A stretch of 64,000 bases of DNA from Eledone cirrhosa (lineage: Eukaryota), in the NCBI GenBank assembly GCA_964016885.1, contig OZ024761.1, forward strand, positions 19,468,001 through 19,532,000, in the 5' to 3' direction. Under the pieces are notes generated by a model. That model saw nothing but the letters and a program-made list of their open reading frames with translations, had not been told where the DNA came from and did not search any database. A program made the position numbers and the translations under genes. Shown piece by piece: positions 12,810-26,292 of this stretch (positions within the stretch are counted from its first letter, which is position 1; each line of letters opens with the position of its first letter).

Positions 12810-13340
12810 GGTCTACTCCGTTCACCACCCCTCAGTGATGTAGTGGGACGGTCTGCCCCAAGCACCGCCCCTCAGCAATGTAATGAGACGGTCTACTCCA
12901 TGCACCGCCCCTCAGCAACGTAGTGAGACAGTCCACCCCTCAGCAATGTAGTGGGATGGTCTGCTCCAAGCATCACCCCACAGCAATCTAATGAGACGGT
13001 CTACTCCATGCACCGCCCCTCAGCAATGTAGTGAGACAGTCCACCCCTCAGCAATGTAGTGGGATGGTCTGCTCCAAGCATCACCCCTCAGCAATCTAAT
13101 GAGACGGTCTACTCCATGCACCACCCCTCAGCAATGCAATGATAAGGGTCTACTCCAAGCATCACCCCTAAACAATGTAGGGAGATGGTCAACTCCAAGC
13201 ATCACACCTCAGTCATGTAGTGAGACGGTCTACCCCAAGCACCACCCCTCAGTGATGTAGTGTGGCAATCCACCCCAAGCACCACCCCTCAGCCATGTAA
13301 TGGGATGGTCTACTTCACGCCCTGCCCCTCAGGAATGGTC
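12810..13340. repeat. ~40-bp minisatellite (gtagtgagacggtctactccaagcaccacccctcagcaat-like)
   Basis: More than 10 diverged tandem units. Confidence 0.85.
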
Positions 13341-13597
13341 ATTGAAATGGACAGAAGAGAGAATGTGTGCATATGTGTGTATGTGTAGAGGGGGTGGTGT
13401 GTGTGCATGATGCGTGAGCGCATATGTGTGCATCTGATGAGTGTGTGCATGTATCTGATGCATGTGTCTGTGTGTATGATTTATCATAATCTCAGGTCAT
13501 CCCATAACATTGTGAGTGAAGAGGACTCAATGTGGTTGATCAACATGCTAGAAATAGCAACCAAATGAAAATGAAAAGAAAAACAAAACTAAACGAG

Positions 13598-13775
13598 CTC
13601 ATCATCAGATTGGACCAAGGAAACAATGTTTCCATAGGTGGTACTATCTGTCAAAACCCCTGACAGAAGAAAGGAGTTGATCATCAGACTGGACCAAGGA
13701 GATAACGTTTCCTTTGGTCTTTTCATTGCTGATACTATCTGTCTGTCTTTCACAACTCCTGGCAGAAGGAGGTTG
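13598..13775 (+). repeat. Diverged dimer of the sequence that forms the 79-bp satellite monomer
   Basis: cagactggaccaagga..gtttcc..gatactatctgt..cacaactcctggcagaaggag matches the satellite unit; a related minus-strand copy at ~17675-17750 follows a SINE head/core. Confidence 0.7.
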
Positions 13776-16700
13776 GATTTGAACCTAAGAACCTAGAGAT
13801 GGATTAAATACAGACTTATTAACAATTCTGCCAATCCACCACCCCTGGAGAGGTCCTTTTTTTATTTTTTTTTATTGACCCTCGAAAGGGTGAAAGGCAA
13901 AGTTCACCTCGGCGGGATTTGAACTTAGAACACAAAGAGCTGGGAAAAATACCCAAGCATTTAACAACTTAGCTGGACGGTATATCTCAGCTGTGCTCTA
14001 CAGACTCAATGGCAAAAGCATTGCTGCAGAGAACAGACAGCAATACCCACTATATCAGACATTCCACCTCTAAATCAAATCTCCTTCAACTCACAGATCA
14101 CATAAAAAAAAATAAATAAAAAAACGAGAAAACAAAATAATAAAAAAAATATATCACATTAGACGATGTAGTCCAAGATACACTACATCTGAAAGCTAAA
14201 AAAAAAAAAAAAAAAAAAAGGGATGTAAGATTGTCATGTTTGAAGTTACCTAATCACAGGGTTTACTTGGTCAATATTGTCCTAGGGCTAAACAACAACA
14301 ACAATAAGCTATGGACTGTACAACAATAGGTGTGGTGGTTGTAGTGGTGATGGTGTTAGAGAAATTCTGTTGAAAAAAAAAATCAAAATCAAATAAATTT
14401 ACTAAAATACAATTTACAAAAAATTCATTTTCTTTTCTTTAATTATATTTTTACGGTAAAAAAGAAAACGAAAGTAAAAATAAAAATTTAATTAACACAT
14501 CATTGATAATTATAATTATGGCTTCTTAATTAGACTTTGGTTAGCCTACTCCCTCCCCCTTCCATGAGATCTTGCGGGGAAGGATAATTTGGAAGTAACA
14601 ACTTTCATCCATTACCCCCAAACGAAATAAAAAAAAAATAAAAGGACTCAATAACTGAAGCAATGTGAAAACAGTGATAACCGGGTGTTGACATCTTACA
14701 GGGAACATAATAATAATTGTTTCTACTTTTGGCACAAGGCCAGCAATTACCCCAGTACATTACTGGTACTTTATTTTATCGACCCTGTAAGGATGAAAGG
14801 CAAAGTTAACCTTGGCTAGATACGAACTCAGAACGTAAAGGGACATAACTCTGTGCCGCAAACTATGGCGTCCGAAGTTCTAATAATGGTTTCTGATTTT
14901 GGTACAAGCAAGCCCAGCCATTTTGTGGGGAGGAGAAAGTCGAGTGTGTGACTGGTACTTTATTTTATCAACTCCGTAAGGAAGACAGGCAACGCTAACC
15001 TCGGCGGGATTTGAACTCAGAATGTAAAGGGACGTAACTAAATGCAGCAAAGCATAAATAATAATAATAATAATGGTTTCTGATATAGGCACAAGGCCAG
15101 CACATTTTTGGAAGGAGGAGAAAGGGGATTAAATCGACCCCAGAGCATTACTGGTACTTTATTTTATCGACCCTGCAAGGATGAAATGAAAGGCAAAGCT
15201 AACCTGAGTGGGATTTGAACTCATAATGTAAAGGGACGTAACTATATACTGCAAAGCATGTCAAATGCTCTACCAATACTGCAAGTCCACCGCCCTTTTT
15301 TGAATAATAATGGACGTGTGATTTAGACACAAGGCCTGCAATTTGTAGGGAGGGGGAAGTCAAATATATTGACCCCAGTACTTGACTGGTACTTTGTTTT
15401 TCATAATAATAATATCAATAAACAAACAGAAAACAAAACAATCCATCTGACCCCACCCTCCACCCCTGACTAGTACAACACCCAAATTTTATCCAAACAA
15501 TGAAACAATTTTTATTTTGAAATTTGCAGCCGACACCTATGAATGTTCAGCTGGCCTCCTACAAGGTTAAATCTTACAGGAGGTTTCTCTGGTGTTTTAA
15601 TGATAGAGGGTTCCCTGTCCTATCTTGTTACAGTTCACACCTATGTAGATATATCTCGCATCCTACGAGGTTTTATATCATTGATTTCTCGGTTGTTTTA
15701 ATGACAGGAGCCTCAGTCATGCCATCATGTTACAGCTCACACCTATGTAGGTTTAACTGGCCTTATGAGGTTTCTTGGCTGTTTTAAGGATAGGGGGACC
15801 CCAGTCCTATCATGTTGTTACAGCTCACACCTGTGTAGGTTTAGCTGGTCTTCTATGAAGTTTCTTGTGTGTTTTAATGATAAGGGTCCCAATCACATCA
15901 TGTTACAGCTCACACCTATGTAGCTTTAGCTGGCCTTATTACAAAGTTGCATCTCATAGGAAGTTTCTCAGGTGTTTTAATGACAGGGATCACCAGTCTT
16001 AAACACCCATGTACATATATAAATCAATAAATCAAACAAGCTGCTTTAAGTTTTGCCTCAACATCCAATCCATGTGGCCATCCAGAGGGATACCAAACTG
16101 CGATGGTGATCTGTTATCAGTGAAATACCTGATCACGGTCACCCTCCGCCCTTCCCACCACAAACATATTGGAATTGAGTGCACTGTAACGCACATATAT
16201 ATAGATATATATATATATACAGACATACCATAGGGTGCTGCCCCCTCTATCCCCTTGCTGCTACAAAGAAGGTGACTGTACAACATCATGGTACCTCCTT
16301 TACAGCCAACTGGACTGAGGTCACTGCAGTAATGAATATAAGGTACAACATTGTGGTACCTGCTTTACAACCAACTGGACTGTGGCCTCTAGGAATGATA
16401 CATTCTTTAACTAACAACCTTGCACTCAATCAATTTGGCCAAAACCTGCTCCACGAGTGTAATTAAATGCATGTATATATCTATACTAAGATGAGATGAA
16501 CTCACACACAAACACTATATGGAATGTGGGTTTATATATATATGTATATAGAAGCATGTGTATATATTCATACAAAGAAAGATGAGATAAATACACACAC
16601 ACAAACACATTTATATGGAATGTGGGTTTATATATGTGTGTGTGTGTGTATGTATATATATATATATATATATACAGAAGCACAATCTGAACCCCCTCAA

Positions 16701-16909
16701 CCCTCACACAGCTATTTACACATACACACACTCTTGACTCTTCACCACACCATTTATAAACACACACATACATATACATGTACACACATACACACACTTC
16801 CCCCTCTCTGGATAACCCCCTCCCACTACTCATCAAAAACAAAATCAATATCCAACATCTTTTGGTTGTGTGCATGTTTGGGTTTGGGTGTGTGTGTGTG
16901 TATATACAT

Positions 16910-17580
16910 ATGTTTATGTGCATCTGTGATTGTAAGTATCTGTGTGTTTATGTGCATCTGTGATTGTGTGTATCTGTGTTTATGTGCATCTGTGATTGTA
17001 AGTATCTGTGTGTTTATGTGCATCTGTGATTGTAAGTATCTGTGTGTTTATGTGCATCTGTGATTGTAAGTATCTGTGTGTTTATGTGCATCTGTGATTG
17101 CGTGTATCTGTGTTTATGTGCATCTGTGATTGTAAGTACCTGTCTGTTTATGTGCATCTGTGATTGTGTGTATCTGTGTTTATGTGCATCTGTGATTGTA
17201 AGTATCTGTGTGTTTATGTGCATCTGTGATTGTAAGTATCTGTGTGTTTATGTGCATCTGTGATTGTGTGTATCTGTGTTTATGTGCATCTGTGATTGTA
17301 AGTATCTGTGTGTTTATGTGCATCTGTGATTGTAAGTATCTGTGTGTTTATGTGCATCTGTGATTGCGTGTATCTGTGTGTTTATGTGCATCTGTGATTG
17401 TAAGTATCTGTGTGTTTATGTGCATCTGTGATTGCGTGTATCTGTGTGTTTATGTGCATCTGTGATTGTAAGTATCTGTGTGTTTATGTGCATCTGTGAT
17501 TGTAAGTATCGGTGTGTTTATGTGCATCTGTGATTGCGTGTATCTGTGTGTTTATGTGCATCTGTGATTGCGTGTATCTG
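16910..17580. repeat. 28-32 bp minisatellite (tgtgtttatgtgcatctgtgattgtaagtatc)
   Basis: About 20 near-identical units. Confidence 0.95.
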
Positions 17581-18692
17581 GTAAGAGAGTTGGATTCACA
17601 ATTGTAAGGTGAGTTCAATTCCCAGACCGAGTGATGTGTTGTGTCCTTGAGCAAGACACTTTATTTCATGTTGCTCTTCCTGCCAGGAGTTGCGACCAGT
17701 AGATAGTATCATCAATGGAAAAACCAATGGAAACATTGTCTCCTAGGTCCGATTTGACGAGGTCCGCCCCACTCAGCAAACAAACAAGGTCTGGGATCTT
17801 GTTGATCGATCAGAGAGGGAGTGTGTGTGTGTGTGTGTGTGTATACATATATATGTGTGCCAATGTATGTGTATATGTGACTGTGGGTCTGTTCCTGTTT
17901 GTGTGCTTGTATGTATATATGCATGCCAGTGTGTGTGTGTCAATGTGTACAGATGTGTGTGTGTGTGTGTGTGTCAATGTGTACAGATGTGTGTGTGTGT
18001 GTGTGTGTCAATATGTGTACAGATGTGTGTGTGTGTGTGTCAATATGTGTACAGATGTGTGTGTGTGTGTGTGTGTCAATATGTGTACAGATGTGTGTGT
18101 GTGTGTGTCAATATGTGTACAGATGTGTGTGTGTGTGTTTATCTGAGCAAGCTGGGGTTAACAACAACAACAACAACATCAACAAGTAGTGTTATAAGGG
18201 ACCAGCCAACATTGGAATTCTCCATTTGAGCAATGAGGAGAGGGGGGGGGGGGCTGTTTTTTTGGGGGGCTTTTTTCTTTGGCAGAGGATAGGGGTCTTT
18301 ACATAAGCAGAAAAATGGGGCGGAGGCAGTGCATTGTTTTGGCAGGGCAGGGCAGGTCAGACAGGAGTTTGAGGTGGGTGGGTGGGTTCAATTTTTTTCA
18401 ATTTTTTCTTTGGAAATAGTTTAGATTTTGTTGGAAGGTGGGGTGGGTGGGCAAGGGAAGGGAAGGATAGGGATTTGATATGATGTAGTTAGGGAATGGT
18501 AGTCATGTGGAATGTCTTTCATTTATATTTATATATCTTTTGTTTCTTCGCTTTTTAGTTTTATTATTTTTTTTTTTATATATTCCTTTCTTTCTTTCTT
18601 TCCCCCTCCTTAAATATTTTCCGCCCCACCCCCCACCCGCCCACCCCAAAAAAAGAAATTCTTGAAATAATTATTAGCACCAGAATTTAGCA

Positions 18693-18733
18693 TCAAAAAG
18701 TCAGAACTGGCAGTTGCTTGGCATCGAGGACAT
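18693..18733 (-). CDS. KIAA0930: KIAA0930 homologue, conserved last coding exon
   Basis: Strong acceptor tattttctttcttccAG, phase 1. Reads (D)VLDAKQLPVLTF-stop, comparable to the human C-terminus DILEVRQKPILMT as recalled. Confidence 0.85.
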
Positions 18734-19904
18734 CTGGAAGAAAGAAAATACAAAGTCAGCATGGAATGGTATGGATGGATTGGAAGAGATATAACAGTGG
18801 TGTAATTAAAATTACAATGGTTGATGGTTTGGGTAATAGATTTTATTCTCTAAATATTTTCTTCTTTGATGGTTTGATTGTTTAGAGAGGGTGGGCAGTC
18901 CCCATGGCCTCCAAGACAGTTGGTTTGATTGTTTAGAGAAGGAGGGGCAGTCCCCATGGCCTCCAAGACAGATGGTTTGTTTATTTGTTTGTTTAGAGAG
19001 GGAGGGGAGCACCCATGGCCCTTTCCAGGGCCTCAAAGACTGGTAGAGGACAGTATCACCAAACCTGTGACCTCACACTGAATGCTTTGCAACACAATGG
19101 ATTCCGCTATAGACACCCAAGGACCAGGTGGTGATGGTGGTGGAGGTCTTAAACTGGGTGACAGATTAAGTCTATCACCCAAGGACCTGGGGCTGATGTT
19201 AAACTGGGTGACAGGTTAAGTCTACCACTCAAGGACCAAGTAGTGGTATTAAACTGGGTGAGGAGGTTTCTTCTCTGAAGGTCTGCTGTCCAGCTCTCCC
19301 GAGAGGTTTATTACCACTAAACTTCTGTATAAGGAAGACATGGTCCTCTGACCTGACTGGCCTCAAATGGGACCTGTCTAACCCATGCTAGTGTGGAAAA
19401 TAGATGTTAAACGATGATGATGGTGATGATGATGATAAACTGTCTTGTTCCTGGGCACAGGACACTGAACACCTGAAACCTTAACATCTAATGTGTTTTT
19501 ATTTTATTTTTCAAACAGTAAGGCGTGTGTGCGTGTATATGTGTATATGTGTATGTGTACCTGTGTGTGTGTTGGGGGAATTTGAAGGTGAAAATTAATG
19601 AAAAATGATATATTTTGTAATAAAAGACAGATCATTATTTTTAAAAAATGGTACAAAGTGGTAAAAAATGGAATGCTTTGTATTAATTATATATTTCGTG
19701 TTAAGTGAAATATAGAAAATTGAAAGCTTTGCTTTTGTTCGTGTATGAAATGTCCTTGAAAACATATATATATATATATAGGTACATTATTCCGGGTTGA
19801 ATCGGAGGTAACCACAGTAAGTAAGGTACTCAATACATAGCAGGTATAAAAGTTTTAATATAGATTCCTGATGATTTCTAAAGAATGAACCTGTAGAATC
19901 TCAT

Positions 19905-19905
19905 C

Positions 19906-19936
<31 letters not shown>

Positions 19937-20276
19937 AGAGAGAGAGAGAGATATATGTACATACATATATATATATATTTACATATATACATATATACTT
20001 ACATGTATACATATATATATACTTACATATATATATATACGCACAAATATACACATATATATACATACATATATATGCATACATACATATATACACATAT
20101 ATACTTATGTATACATACATATATACACATATATATATATACATACACATATATATATATACACACATACACATATCTATACATACACATATATATCTAT
20201 ACATACACATATATATATATACATACACATATATATACATACACATACATATTTATATACACATGCATATATATAT

Positions 20277-20317
<41 letters not shown>

Positions 20318-20609
20318 CATTATATATATATATATATACATACATTATATATATATATAAACATACATTATATATATATATATACATACATTATATATAT
20401 ATATACATACATACATTATATATATATATACATTATATATATATATATATATACATACATTATATATATATATATATACATACATTATATATATATATAT
20501 ATACATACATTATATATATATATATATATACATACATTATATATATATATATATACATACATTATATATATACACATACATTATATATACATATATATAT
20601 TTGTGTGTA

Positions 20610-20667
<58 letters not shown>

Positions 20668-20799
20668 GTTCAAGAATAGACAAGACAAACACAGAGATAC
20701 AAAAACACAAAATCTTAGTTTCATGCTTGTTCATCTCTCTCTATCTGCTTATATATATATATATATATATATTTCTGTGTGTGTGTATATATGTGTGTG

Positions 20800-20839
<40 letters not shown>

Positions 20840-20840
20840 T
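19905..20840. repeat. Compound (TA)/(CA)/(TACA) microsatellite
   Basis: Low-complexity tract. Confidence 0.95.
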
Positions 20841-21825
20841 TCCCCCCAAGCTCCTCCACCCTCCCTAGTCCCAAGACAAAAGTGCCCAGGACCCACTGTA
20901 AAGTGGTTGTGTCGGTGACACAGCAAAGGTACCCAGTCCACACTAAAGAACATCCGGCCCACACTGCAAAGTGATCGTGTAGATGTCACGACAAAAAGCA
21001 CCCAGCCCACACTGTAAATGTGGTTGGTGTTAGGAAGGGCATCCAGCCATAGAAAACCAACCAGAAACTCTCCTATATGAGCGAGACACGGTCACTTGAC
21101 CCAACTTGTCTCTAAATAGGACAAACCCATCTAGCGTGGAAGATAGAGGTTAATTGATGATGATGATTCATAGGCACACATACATACATATAAATATACA
21201 TACAAACATATGAGAACATGAAATTAATGTAACTTTCTCTACCAGTACAGTTTGTGGCAGAATCTGCCTGTTAGATGCTGGACTTCTATTTCATATAAGA
21301 GCACACAATAGAGTACTCCCTACTGACTATAGAATATACATACCAGTTCACCTTTATCAATGCTATATATGCCACAAGGAAGTCTAAAGAGAGATTTCAA
21401 GGTTCATCAAGACATACGAGCAGTCCAAGCTGCACCAAAACTAATATGCAATTTATAAGTACAGCTTTTCATTATTCAGAGCTAAAAGGCTTTCCAAATA
21501 TTTATTCATAAACATACCGTATATCATTATATATACAAAACGGTGGATTGGCAGTATCGGTAGAGGGTCGGACGCCATGCTTTGACGCAGAGAGTTACGG
21601 CCCTTGCCATTCTGAGTTCAAATCCCGCTGAGGTTAACTTTGCCTTTCATCCTTACGGGGTCGATAAAATAAAGTACCAGTAATACACTGGATAATTTGC
21701 TGGCCTTGTGCCAAAAGTAGAAACAATTATATATACAAAATTCACATACTTATATGTATACAGCTATGTCAGAGTGAAACATTTTATATATATATATATA
21801 TATATATTTATACATACATATATGT

Positions 21826-22055
21826 GTGTGTGTCAGCAAAATGCTGAATATTGATCTAGTAGATAATAGAGGCCCAGGAAGACCAAAAAGGACTTGGATG
21901 GAGGAGGTCTGTCAGGATCAAGATAGACTTGGCCTAAGTGAGACTGGCGAACAGAAATACATGGAGAGGGATGCGAAGGGAGCCGTCAGGCAGGACCCAC
22001 CCCTACTTAGAGATTAATTGTGTCCTACAAAAGCAAAAAGTGGATGATGATGATA
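21826..22055 (+). mobile_element. RTE-clade LINE 3' end fragment
   Basis: RGPGRPKRTWMEEVCQDQDRLGL motif followed by a (GAT)n tail. Confidence 0.7.
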
Positions 22056-22485
22056 TATATAGATATATATATATATCAAATTAAAAGGTAGAGTTAAAAT
22101 CTCACAATAATCCCCCATGGTCCAAGGAGCTCCAGGAAGAGAGATTGAGCTCCTTATAAATCATAGTAATGAAAGAAAGACATAATAAATTATGTCGGAT
22201 AATAGGTCATAAAATACCACCCTGGTAAAGCACTTAAAACTACAGTTGTGGTATCATCATCATCATCATCGTTTAATGTCCATCTTCCACGCTAGCATGG
22301 GTTAGACGGTAGTTATGCCACTTGAGGCAAGGTTGGTCGGGTGACCGTGTCTCGCTCGTATAGGACTATCTGGCAAGCTTTCTACGGCTGGATGCCTTTC
22401 CTAACACCAACCACATTTACAGTGTGGAACTGGGAACTTTTTACCGTGTTACCTACATGGCCACATTACAGCGTGGACTGTGTGT

Positions 22486-22516
<31 letters not shown>

Positions 22517-23107
22517 GGTATATACAAATTAATTAAAAGAATAAATTAAAGTGTACAAACCGCCATTATATTATATATATATAGACAATATGCCCCCACC
22601 CCCACCCACTGCAAAGTGGTCATGTAGGTGTCACGACAAAAAAGCACCCAGTCGAAACTGTAAAGTGGACTTGCCACGGAAAAAAACTACCCAGCACTCA
22701 CTGTAAATGAGGTTGGTGTTAGGAAGGGCATCCAGCTGTAGAAATCAAGCCAAAAATTAGTTCTGTATGAACAAGACATGGCCACCTGACCTAACATTGC
22801 CCACAACAGGACAACTCGTCTAACCCATGCTAGCATGGAAGAATGGATGTAAAATGGTGATGATGATATATATATAACCAGATAGAGAGAGACAAACACA
22901 GAAAGTGAGATGTGCATAACTGTGCAGTTTGGTGCAACAACGTGAATAAACCACACTCTAACAAGTGCACAACAAGTGCACAACAACTGCACAACAACTT
23001 ACATTTATTTTAAAACATTTGTTGAACATTATTTTGTAGTTGTTTTTGTTGTTGTTTTTTAAATAGATTTCTTTTCCTTCTAAAGTAAAACATTGATAGC
23101 ATAATCT

Positions 23108-23247
23108 TTATTTTAGGGGCTGCTTTTTGATTTTTGTGAATTTAGTTTTTTTTCCTAAAACTGAGAATTGGTCGATGTCAGGTGCAGCGGCCGTTTGCGA
23201 TGTTTGCTGCGTCCAAAATTTAGGGGTTTCACCATAAACCTTATCAT
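23108..23247 (-). CDS. KIAA0930: KIAA0930 homologue, candidate alternative last exon
   Basis: ctgttttgcAG acceptor; phase 1 frame open for 46 codons: (D)DKVYGETPKFWTQQTSQTAAAPDIDQFSVLGKKTKFTKIKKQPLK-stop. AATAAA overlaps the stop and recurs near 23005. Confidence 0.5.
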
Positions 23248-23499
23248 CTGCAAAACAGTAACGTTTCAGAATGTTCTACATTCAAAGAAGCATTAACAGG
23301 CTAAAGAAGGGGTTCTTTTCTTTATTTTTTTTCCAGTTAACTGTCTATAAGGGAACATGGGGGACCAGCCTTACAGGTGGAGAGATTGTGGGGGCTGTTT
23401 GCTTTGGCGGGAGGGAGGTTAAGATTTAAAATTGGTTTTAGGGATGTCAGCCAGGAATCTAGGTAATATAAGGCTGCTAGTGATAAAGGGTCACATGGA

Positions 23500-24170
23500 A
23501 ATTAGGGCTAGCTACATGGTTGTGAAAAAAAAGGGAAACATATCTATTGAAAAATAGATATACATGTTTGTGGAAAAGAAGGGTTACATATCTATTAAAA
23601 AATAGAGCTACATGGTAGTGAAACAGATTTACATATAGAAGCTACATGGTGTTAAAGAGGGCTAGCTGTTACAGATCTACATACAGAAGCTACATGGCAA
23701 GGAAAAGGGGTAAATGATACAGATCTAAGTTCAAAGGCTACATGGTGTGAAACAGGAGCAAACTGTTGTAAACCCGCATACAGAAGCTACATGGTAGTGA
23801 CCAGGTTTAACTATAACAGGTATACGTAGAGAGAAATCTACATGGTGAGGGGGAGAAAAGCTAAATGTTGGTAGAGGGGAAAAGAATGGTACATGGTGGT
23901 GAAGATGAAGGCAACATGAAGGTTAAAAAGAAGGTTACATGGTGGTGAAAAATAATGCTACATGGTGGTGGAAATTAAGGGTACATGGTGGTGGAAATTA
24001 AGGGTACATTGTGATGAAAAAGTGAGATACATGATAGTGGATAAACAGGATACATGGTTATGAAAAGAAGGCTACATGTGGTGAAAAAGAAGGCTAGATG
24101 GTGGTGAAAAGGTGGGGTACATGATGGTGGAATAGGGTTACATGTGATGAAAAAAGTGGGCTACATGCTG
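23500..24170. repeat. Degenerate gctacatggtggtgaaaa-type tandem repeat
   Basis: tacatgg core recurs about 20 times with variable spacing. Confidence 0.7.
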
Positions 24171-24381
24171 ATGAAATATTGGTTTATACAAGGAAAACAA
24201 GGTCAACTGAAAAGAAAAAAAGGGGCTACTTAGTGTTACAGACATAAACAGAAGACAACAACAAAAAAAACAGAAAAAAGGGAGGGGCTACTACCTGGAT
24301 ATTTTAGGGGAGAACACAAAGGAATGTTGTGCCTAAGAGAGGTAAGTGGGTAGGTAGATGGGTTAACACAGTGGCACTTAC

Positions 24382-24531
24382 CAGCTATGATTCGATACCA
24401 TGGCAACGTGACATAGGTGAGGTAGGCATGGAGAGCAACACTGGTGGCACGGCGGCGTTCTTTAAACCAGTGCCACGGTTGACCAAACGAAGTGCCCCAG
24501 AATCCATTGTACTGCTCCGTTTCAGCTAATT
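24382..24531 (-). CDS. KIAA0930: KIAA0930 homologue, penultimate exon
   Basis: AG/GTAAG, 150 nt, phase 1->1. Reads (E)LAETEQYNGFWGTSFGQPWHWFKERRRATSVALHAYLTYVTLPWYRIIA, with the conserved LxAxLTYVTLP motif. Confidence 0.93.
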
Positions 24532-24595
24532 CTGTTAAAAAAAGAAGACACCAAAAAAATAAAAACAGGGAAGAAGAAGAAAATATAATCAAAAT

Positions 24596-25252
24596 CTATT
24601 TATCTATCTAGGCTGGGTAAAATTCCCAAGATCCGTGGACGAGTTCTCTCTAGCGGTTTCTGTCCCTCCCTCATCATTGCTGCCATGTCCTGCATCTCCA
24701 AGAGACCTGTGTCTGTCCTTAGGGCATCAACATATGTCAACCTCGGTCTCCCTCTTCTAGTTTGTCTGTGTAGGGGCTCCCAGGGGGGCACTGAGTGCAG
24801 TGTCAACTGATTGTCGGTGAACATGTCCAGCTAACCTCAGTCTCCTCTGTGCTACTTTCGCGCTGACTTTTGGGAGCTCTGACTTCATCCTCAGTGTATA
24901 ATGATTAATGTTCAGAGCCATCCTCAGCATTCTCGTGTAGCACCCATCCACCATCTGAGTGAGTTTCAGACCCGTACATCATCACAGACTCCACTGTAGC
25001 AACGAAGAGACGGATCTTCAGGTCTTTACGAAGGTCCGACTTCCACACCGATCTCAAACTGTGGCATGCCGCCCAGGCTTTGCTCTTCCTCTCAATCACA
25101 TCATCCTCTGTGTTCCCAATCTTTGCTCCCAGATACAGGAAGTCCTCAACCAATTCTAGCGGCTTCCCGTCTACATTCATAATCTTCTCTGGCTTCTTAA
25201 TATTCTCTACCAGATACTTTGTCTTAATCTCATTCATTCTCAGCCCCACAGA
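24596..25252 (-). mobile_element. 5'-truncated RTE-like LINE (end of RT domain and C-terminus), frameshifted
   Basis: Three frames give LELVEDFLYLGAKI...LKIRLFVATVESVMMYGSET, DGCYTRMLRMALNI...RRLRLAGH and RRGRPRLTYVDAL; short (TAGA) tail. Confidence 0.9.
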
Positions 25253-25306
25253 TAGATCGCAATAATTAAGACTGATTCATCTAGAAGACATTGTCATCAT
25301 CTAGAA

Positions 25307-26292
25307 CAGCGTTTCTCAACCGGGGTTCCCCGGAACCCTAAGGTTCCGCAAAAGGTCCCTAAGGGTTCCGCGAGAACAAGGGAGATAAGCTGATGCACTT
25401 TTGATTTTTTATTTAATTTCATATACGTAATATTACCAAACACGCACAATATATTCTTGGTTATCGTAATATTGTAATATAGACATCATCCTATCTAACC
25501 TATTATGTTATTAAAAAATATAACAATCATTGGGAATATATTTAGTGATGTCTGTACGGCGCCAGTGTGAAACCACCTTCACTATCACAGTCAGTGCCCA
25601 CTCAGCGGACGGGACCTGTACGTGACTGATTCATGTATCAAGTGACTCATTCAGTACAAGACGCATGCATTTTTTTGTGTGAACGAAAACTCCCTGATGA
25701 AGTATTATAAACGAACAGTATGAATTTTATTTAGCATTACTGAAAAATTAGACAAAGAAGTATTAATTTTTCCTTAAACCAGTTATTCAAAAATATATAG
25801 AGGAGGCACATGGCTTAGTGGTTAGAGCATTGGCCTTGCAATCGAAATGTTGTGAGTTCAATTCTCAGACCGGGTGATGTGTTGTTTCCTTGAGCAAGAC
25901 ACTTTATTTCACATTGCTCCAGTTTACTCAGCTGTAGAAATGAGATGATAGGGACTGGGGTCCCTATCATTCCACTGCAAAGTGGTCGTGGAGGTGCCAC
26001 GGCAAAAAAGCACCCTGCATTCACTGTAAATGAGGTTGGTGTTAGGAAGGGCATCCGGCTGTAGAAAACAAGCCAGCATCAGTCCCCGTCCCACCCTTGC
26101 AAGCAGGGAAAAAGCGGACGTAAAATGAAATGATGATGATGATGATGATATACTATGATATTTACCACGTGAACTACGATGAAAATAAAATGAGAAAGAC
26201 ATGGTATATAATTTTGTTTTTGCGCAGGGGTTCCTTGAGACATGTAATTTATTTTAAGGGTTAAGCAAGGGTAAAAAGGTTGAGAAACGCTG
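25307..26292. mobile_element. Non-autonomous hAT (Charlie-type) element with nested SINE
   Basis: 15-bp perfect TIR CAGCGTTTCTCAACC; perfect 8-bp TSD ATCTAGAA at 25299-25306 and 26293-26300. Confidence 0.93.
25801..26150 (+). mobile_element. SINE family 2 (tRNA head + CORE-like body + RTE-type tail), full length; other copies at 2585-2850-, 28245-28552-, 31335-31612-
   Basis: A-box TGGCTTAGTGG, B-box GAGTTCAATTC, CORE-like ccttgagcaagacactt...cagctgtagaaatg, 3' end shared with the RTE fragment at 10524, (ATG)n tail. Confidence 0.85.

Noticed and set aside
19868-19905. CTGATGA followed by a TTCTA/TAGAA stem
   Set aside because: No GAAA or stem III follows; at most a truncated remnant.
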